Source of the DNA: Thermoplasmata archaeon
GTDB lineage: Archaea > Thermoplasmatota > Thermoplasmata > UBA10834
Assembly: GCA_020696395.1 (NCBI GenBank)
Contig: JAEHCN010000001.1
Coordinates: 1,902-65,901, forward strand
Reading direction: 5' to 3'
Length of the DNA: 64,000 nt
The translations under genes were made by a program, and so were the position numbers. The notes below the pieces were generated by a model. The model was given only the letters and a program-made list of their open reading frames with translations. It made no database searches and had not been told where the DNA came from. Shown piece after piece: positions 58,540 to 64,000 of this stretch (positions within the stretch are counted from its first letter, which is position 1; each line of letters begins with the position of its first letter).

Positions 58540-59739
58540 ATGGCGCGTAGAGATCCCGTATCGTTCCTAGGTGTCGAGTACAGAGCGCTCGTCGAGGCTG
58601 AGCTCGACTGGAAGCTGAGGGTCTTGGAAGGCCCGAGCTCCCCGAGATGCAGAGTCGACGGCAGCGATGTAATCATGCTCTGTTCGAATAACTACCTCAG
58701 CCTCAGCAATCATCCGAGACTGAAGCAGGCCGCCATCGATGCTGTCAAGACGCACGGCGCTGGCTCGGGCTCTGTACGCCCGATAGCCGGAAACATGGAC
58801 CTGCATCTCGAGCTCGAAGAGCGCCTCGCGGTCTTCAAGGGCGCAGAGGCGTCTCTCGTTTACCAGACCGGCTTCGCCGCGAACGCCGGGCTGATACCTC
58901 AGCTGACTGACTCCGGAGACCTGATAGTAAGTGATGAGCTCAACCACGGGAGCATAATCGACGGAGTCCGGCTGTCGAAGGCGGACAGGGCGGTGTACCG
59001 TCATTCCGACGCCGCCCATCTGGAGGAAGTCTTGGACGCGGCCGAGCGGCACACCCCGCCTTATAGGAGAATCCTTGTGATCACCGATGGCGTGTTCAGC
59101 ATGGACGGAGACATCGCCCCGCTCGACAAGGTCGCAACGACCGCCCGCGACCACGGCGCGATGGTGTACGTCGACGACGCCCACGGCGAAGGGGTGCTGG
59201 GAGATGGCGGAAGAGGTATAGTCTCGCACTTCGGCCTGACGAGGGAAGAAGTCCAAGTGGAGATGGGGACTTTCTCGAAGGCGTTCGGCGTCGTCGGAGG
59301 ACATGTGTCCGGAAGCCGCGACCTTGTAGATTTCGCGCTGAACAGGTCACGCACATGGTTGCTGAGCGGCTCTCATCCCCCCTCAGTGGCGGCCTCGTGT
59401 ATCGCCGCAATCGATGTTCTGGAGACCGAACCCGAGCATGTGCGGAACCTCTGGTCTAACACTGAGTACTTCAGGAAGGCCGTCCAGGGTATGGGATTCG
59501 ACACCGGCAGCAGTGTGACCCCGATAGTGCCGATCATGATAGGCGACAGCGGCGATGCGAAGAAGTTCAGCCGCCGCCTGTTCGAGCTCGGCGTGTTCGC
59601 CCTGCCGATTGTCTTCCCGATGGTGGCGCGGGATAGGGCGAGGATAAGGACGATAATGAACGCAGCGCTGTCTCAGTCCGATCTGGACGAGGCGCTCGCG
59701 GCGATTGAGAGGGTCGGCAAGGAGATCGATCTAGTCTAG
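58540..59739 (+). CDS. kbl: Glycine C-acetyltransferase (2-amino-3-ketobutyrate CoA ligase)
   Basis: SNNYL, SDELNH.SIIDG, DGVFSMDGD, DDAHG, GTFSKA, ARIR; adjacent to tdh. Confidence 0.9.
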   Translation: MARRDPVSFLGVEYRALVEAELDWKLRVLEGPSSPRCRVDGSDVIMLCSNNYLSLSNHPRLKQAAIDAVKTHGAGSGSVRPIAGNMDLHLELEERLAVFKGAEASLVYQTGFAANAGLIPQLTDSGDLIVSDELNHGSIIDGVRLSKADRAVYRHSDAAHLEEVLDAAERHTPPYRRILVITDGVFSMDGDIAPLDKVATTARDHGAMVYVDDAHGEGVLGDGGRGIVSHFGLTREEVQVEMGTFSKAFGVVGGHVSGSRDLVDFALNRSRTWLLSGSHPPSVAASCIAAIDVLETEPEHVRNLWSNTEYFRKAVQGMGFDTGSSVTPIVPIMIGDSGDAKKFSRRLFELGVFALPIVFPMVARDRARIRTIMNAALSQSDLDEALAAIERVGKEIDLV

Positions 59740-60242
59740 TCCAGCTCCTCCGTCTGCATCTTCTCCGTGATAGTCATCTTGAATTCCTCCGACGGGGTGA
59801 TGACCTCGAACACGATCGTGTCGATGATGCCTTTTTCCTTGAGCGACTGTTGGGGAGGCAGGAGGTGATGCTTCTCCATGAATCTGCCCAGCTGGTCCTT
59901 CCCGTCCTCTCTGACTGCCTTTTTTATGACTGCCGGCTTTCTCCAGAAGCCGGAACCAAGTTTGGCAACCGTCCTGATGCCTTCCATGTGGAGTACTATC
60001 ATCTCATGTTCCCTGGAGAAGAACTTGTCCCTGTTCTCAAGGACGATCTCTATGCCTCTGTTCCTGTTCGGTCCCTGCCAGACAGTGCATTCGAAGACGT
60101 CGCCTACGGCTGATGTGGCCGGTACACTCGCCTGCTTCGGTGGGTAGGTGAGGACATGACAGTCGGGACAGAACATCTGGTCCGTATCCCTCTTGCATCG
60201 ATTGCACACACGTGTCGTGCCTGGATTCATCGCTGTGCTCAT
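59736..60242 (-). CDS. Hypothetical protein with N-terminal zinc ribbon
   Basis: CNRC-x8-CPDC; coding-like codon use. Confidence 0.75.
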   Translation of the reverse strand: MSTAMNPGTTRVCNRCKRDTDQMFCPDCHVLTYPPKQASVPATSAVGDVFECTVWQGPNRNRGIEIVLENRDKFFSREHEMIVLHMEGIRTVAKLGSGFWRKPAVIKKAVREDGKDQLGRFMEKHHLLPPQQSLKEKGIIDTIVFEVITPSEEFKMTITEKMQTEELD

Positions 60243-60287
60243 AAGGAGTTGAAGGCCATTTCAAGGTTTGCGTTTCGGTGAGGATGC

Positions 60288-63200
60288 TTAGAGCCTTGAA
60301 AGGTCCTCCAGTTTGGCGCTGTCTTCTCCCTTGCGTCGAGGCTTCTTCTTACGGGGCCTCGGGACGACTTCCTCTTCCTCGACCTCTTCATCGTCCGGTT
60401 CCTCGTTCTCGGCCGGCTTCTTACGGACGACACTGCCATCCAGCGGCGCGTTGCATCTGGGGCACTTGTCCCGCCCCCTTACGCACTCCTTGCAGAGGAC
60501 GGCCTTGCACTTGGCGCATCGCCTCACAGCGATGCCTCCGTGGAACAGGCAACGCCTGCCCACCAGGTCCGGCTGATCCTCGTCCACATCCCCTTCTTCG
60601 TCCTCCGCCGCGTCAGCTCTCCTGGTACCTTTCCGAGGGGCCTTCTTCGTGTCGGTTCGAGGGCGCTTCCTCTCAGGCCTCTCCTCTGGTTCCTCCTCGT
60701 CCCCCTCGTCAGTATCCGGTTCCTCCTCGCGATGAGGTCTCTGCCTCGGTGCCTCAGACAGGCTCGGTTTCGAGGCACCGCTCTTCCACGGGGAGTACTC
60801 GCCGAAGCCCTCGGAGACTATCGACTTGAGCGACACCGACTGCGATTCCACTCCTCCCTCCTGGAATGTCATCAGTATGGTCACGAGCTGGCGTGCCTGA
60901 TAGGCTCCCACCCCGAGGTTCCTGATTATCCCAAGGACGTTCTTCTGGTCGCCCGGCAGGTCCAACGCCTGCCTGAGCAGTGCGTCCGTCTGTGGGTCCG
61001 ACACCTGGGTGCTGAAGCTGTGCTCCTCGATGGCCTTGAGGTAGCTGAGCATGCGTTTGCCGCTGGAGACTCTCAGCTCCGGGAAGTTGACCGTCACATC
61101 GCACAGCCTGAGACCATTGGTGGAGAGGTCTCGTTTGATCATCGATGTGACAAGGATCTCCCTGGACATCTTCTCGTACTTATCGAATCCCTCTGGTGTC
61201 AGCTGGGAGAGGGAGATGTCCTCCGACTGGCTGAGGTAGTCCAGGACCTCTCCGAGGAACGCGTAAGGAATTCCGCAGACCCTGAAAGCCTCCTCCTTGG
61301 TTACTGGCCTCCCGTGAGTGTACTCGAAGTCCAGCACGGATCGCGAGTAATCCTCGATCTTCGTCTTCCTTATCTCCTCCTCCGCCAGTTTCCTGCCCTC
61401 CGTGGCCGTCTCGAAATATGGGTCGATCGTGAGCGCGTGGTCGAAGCATCTCAACGCCTGCTCCGGCCTGCGGAGCTTGAGCATCGCATATGCTTTGCTC
61501 TTCCAAGCCTCCTTGTCGTTCGAGTCGAGCCCTATAGCCCTGTCGTACGCCGACCCCGCCTCCTCGTAGGCGTCGAGCTTCTCCATCACCGCCCCCTTGC
61601 TCATCCAGACCTTCGAGTTGGACTCATCGATGTCCAGCGAGCGGTCGAAGCAGTCGTTCGCCTCTGTGAGGGATTCCATCTCGGAGTAGAGCTGCCCCAG
61701 CCTGTACCACGCGGTCTTGTCTTTGGGGTCTATCTCAAGGGCCTTCAGGTAGGAGCGTACAGCCTCCTGCTTCTCTCCCGCAGCCTCCGACGCCTTCGCC
61801 CTGCTCGTCCACAGGTCTCTGTCGACGGCTCCTTGCCTGATGGCCTCATCGAAGCACCCCAGGGCCTCGGATATCCTGTTGAGCTTGAGCAGAGCCATCC
61901 CCATGTACTTCAGGGCCGAGATGTCCCTGGGCGAGTAACGCCTCGCCTCGTTGAACGCGTCGAGACTGTCCTCGAGCCTCCCTGTGGTGGCGAGTGCCCT
62001 TCCGTGGTCCGTGTGGAATTCAGGGACGCTAGGCAGTATCTTGATGGCTTTCTTGAAGTCCACCAGCGCCTCGTCAAACCTCTTCAGCTCGAGGTATGCC
62101 TTTCCCCGGTTGTCCAGTATGAACGGCTGGTTCGGGTCGAGCTTGAGCGCCTCATCCAGCGCCTCGGCCGCCTGCGCCGCCTTCCCCGCGTTGAGCAGCA
62201 GGGAGCCTTTCCGGTTCCAGAGCGCCAAGTCCTTCTGATCGAGCGAGATCGCCTTCTCGTAGCTGGTCAACGCCTCGTCCTGCCTTCCGAGCCTCTCGAG
62301 CGCTCCCGCTCTGTCCGCAAGCGCGTGCTTGCTTTTCGGAGTCAGATCGAGGATCTGGTCGCAGACGTCAACGACGCCTTCGTTATCGTCGAGTTCCTTC
62401 AGCGCCAGCTTCTTGAGTTCTAGCACGTCGACATCCTTATCGTCGATCCCCAGCGCCTTGTTGAACGCGGAGAGGGCATCACTCGCCATCTTGAGCGAGA
62501 GAGCCGCATTCCCTCGATCGATGTACGCGTTCTTGTCCTTCGGCGACACTGCGAGGATCTCGTCGCAGACTTGAATGACCTCCGTGTGCCGCTTAAGGCT
62601 CTTCAGGGTTTCCTTCTTCTTGTTCAGGATGTGGACTTCTTTCGGAGACAGTGAGAGGGCGGAGACATATGCCTGCAACGCGTTCTCCTCTCGTCCCAGC
62701 CTGGTAAGGACCTCCCCTTCCCTGACCAGCAGGTCGACCGAGCCCGGCTTCTCCCTGATGGCCTCGCGGATCGTAGAATGGGCTTCCTCATAGCGCTCCA
62801 GCCACTCGAGGGCCTCTGACTTGAGGATCAGCGCCTCAACGTCCCCAGGCACTGCCTTCAGAAGCTCGTCGTACCTCGCCAGCGCCTCCTCGTAGCGTTT
62901 CAGCTTGATGAGCGACCTGCCAAGCTGCTTGGACGTCCCTGTGTCGGCGGGGTCTATGTCGATGGCCTTCTCCAGCGACTTGACCGCTTCCTTGTAGTTC
63001 TCTGCCGTGTACGCCGCCCTTCCCCTTAGTCTCCAGAGGGGCGCGCTATCGGGATTAGATGATATGCCCTGCTTCGCATAGTCCATGGCCTCATTCGGCT
63101 TGTCTATCCTGAGGAACAGGGCGGATACGTTGTAGAACACGTCCGCACTCTTTGGGTCGAATTTCAGGGCCAGGAGATAGGATGCGAGCGCGTCCTCGAC

Positions 63201-64000
63201 GCGGTCCAATCGGTCCAAGGCCACAGCCCGGTCGAAATGCGCCGATTTGTTCGACTCGTCGAGGGCTATTATGCGGTCGCAGACATCTACGACCTCCGAA
63301 TCCTTGCGGACCTGCTTGTAAGCCTCTTTCAGGCTCTCGAGGACCGGTTTAGGCTCTGGCGTCGCCTTCAAGGCCTTCTCGAGGGTCTTGACAGCGTCGT
63401 GTATCTTCCCCACCTTGATCTGTGCTATACCCTTGTCGTGCATCGTCTCGTGGTCGTTGGAATCGATGCTCAGCATCTTGTTCGCCCACGATATCACCTC
63501 GTTGTGCATGCCAAGGCGGATCAGACTCTGTTTCTTGAGTGTCATCGCCGGCCTGTGCGAGGCCGAGACTGCCAGCGAGGCATCAGCGAATGTGAGTGCC
63601 TCCTGATATCTCTTCAGAGCGAACAGTCCTCCCGCTTTGTCCGCAATGGTTTCATGGTCTCTCGGGTCGAGGAGCATGATGTTGTCGCAGACGCCTATCG
63701 CATCCTCGTACCTCTTCGCCTTCAAGAGGGTCTTCTTCTTGTTGAGCAGTACGTTCAGGTCGTTCTGCTTTATGCCGAGAGCCCGGTCGAAGGATTCGAT
63801 TGCCTCGTCGAACAGGTTCGACTCCTCCTGCACGACTCCGAGCTCGTTCCACAAGACCGGGTTCGAATCGTCGAGTCCCACGGCCCTCTTGAAGCTGCTC
63901 AACGCGCCATCCCTGTCTCCGAGCTTGTGCTGGATCCGTCCTATGTTGTCGAGTATGTAGGCGTCCTTCGGGTCAATCTTGAGGGCTTTGTTGAGCGCCT
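60288..64000 (-). CDS. Giant TPR-repeat protein with C-terminal globular domain, charged low-complexity linkers and B-box-like zinc finger (5'-truncated)
   Basis: More than 20 tandem 34-aa TPRs (W..KG..L....A...FD.AL.IDP); CLFH-x7-CAKC-x4-CKEC-x6-CPRC; frame open to the window end. Confidence 0.92.
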   Translation of the reverse strand, partial: ALNKALKIDPKDAYILDNIGRIQHKLGDRDGALSSFKRAVGLDDSNPVLWNELGVVQEESNLFDEAIESFDRALGIKQNDLNVLLNKKKTLLKAKRYEDAIGVCDNIMLLDPRDHETIADKAGGLFALKRYQEALTFADASLAVSASHRPAMTLKKQSLIRLGMHNEVISWANKMLSIDSNDHETMHDKGIAQIKVGKIHDAVKTLEKALKATPEPKPVLESLKEAYKQVRKDSEVVDVCDRIIALDESNKSAHFDRAVALDRLDRVEDALASYLLALKFDPKSADVFYNVSALFLRIDKPNEAMDYAKQGISSNPDSAPLWRLRGRAAYTAENYKEAVKSLEKAIDIDPADTGTSKQLGRSLIKLKRYEEALARYDELLKAVPGDVEALILKSEALEWLERYEEAHSTIREAIREKPGSVDLLVREGEVLTRLGREENALQAYVSALSLSPKEVHILNKKKETLKSLKRHTEVIQVCDEILAVSPKDKNAYIDRGNAALSLKMASDALSAFNKALGIDDKDVDVLELKKLALKELDDNEGVVDVCDQILDLTPKSKHALADRAGALERLGRQDEALTSYEKAISLDQKDLALWNRKGSLLLNAGKAAQAAEALDEALKLDPNQPFILDNRGKAYLELKRFDEALVDFKKAIKILPSVPEFHTDHGRALATTGRLEDSLDAFNEARRYSPRDISALKYMGMALLKLNRISEALGCFDEAIRQGAVDRDLWTSRAKASEAAGEKQEAVRSYLKALEIDPKDKTAWYRLGQLYSEMESLTEANDCFDRSLDIDESNSKVWMSKGAVMEKLDAYEEAGSAYDRAIGLDSNDKEAWKSKAYAMLKLRRPEQALRCFDHALTIDPYFETATEGRKLAEEEIRKTKIEDYSRSVLDFEYTHGRPVTKEEAFRVCGIPYAFLGEVLDYLSQSEDISLSQLTPEGFDKYEKMSREILVTSMIKRDLSTNGLRLCDVTVNFPELRVSSGKRMLSYLKAIEEHSFSTQVSDPQTDALLRQALDLPGDQKNVLGIIRNLGVGAYQARQLVTILMTFQEGGVESQSVSLKSIVSEGFGEYSPWKSGASKPSLSEAPRQRPHREEEPDTDEGDEEEPEERPERKRPRTDTKKAPRKGTRRADAAEDEEGDVDEDQPDLVGRRCLFHGGIAVRRCAKCKAVLCKECVRGRDKCPRCNAPLDGSVVRKKPAENEEPDDEEVEEEEVVPRPRKKKPRRKGEDSAKLEDLSRL

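Noticed and set aside
1..64000. CRISPR array, cas genes, integrase or transposase
   Set aside because: No regularly spaced direct repeats and no ORF with such motifs were seen; the repetitiveness at 61.4-64 kb is protein-level TPR
1..64000. Genome-wide TAG-to-pyrrolysine recoding
   Set aside because: Conserved genes (rpl7ae, aIF2gamma, kbl, GPN GTPase) end in TAG at their expected C-termini, so TAG is a normal stop

Overview
This ~58% GC (estimated by eye) archaeal chromosomal segment is most consistent with an uncultured Thermoplasmata lineage: CDP-archaeol synthase, a DUF6015-like gene, the rpl7ae-rps28e-rpl24e-ndk-aIF5B-rps6e-aIF2gamma block, GINS, pantoate kinase, a giant TPR protein and a BHB-intron tRNA. 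It is mostly housekeeping plus peptide and amino-acid catabolism: two secreted clostripains, an M20 peptidase, a tungsten AOR with two ferredoxins and an omega-aminotransferase, tdh-kbl, gcvPA/PB and a corrinoid reductive activator. I found no CRISPR array, integrase or transposase. The most unusual signals are non-coding. Structured 5' leaders share sequence and structure blocks (upstream of ppsA, of the ferredoxin/aminotransferase operon and of the 33.8 kb locus). The AOR operon has a multi-stem leader and a palindrome, and a box C/D K-turn covers the rpl7ae RBS. There is also a secreted-protein gene broken by a frameshift and an in-frame amber codon, and an unannotated 38-aa ORF with its own TATA box. 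All family assignments come from motif recognition by eye, not database searches, and start codons were adjusted by RBS/TATA spacing where noted.
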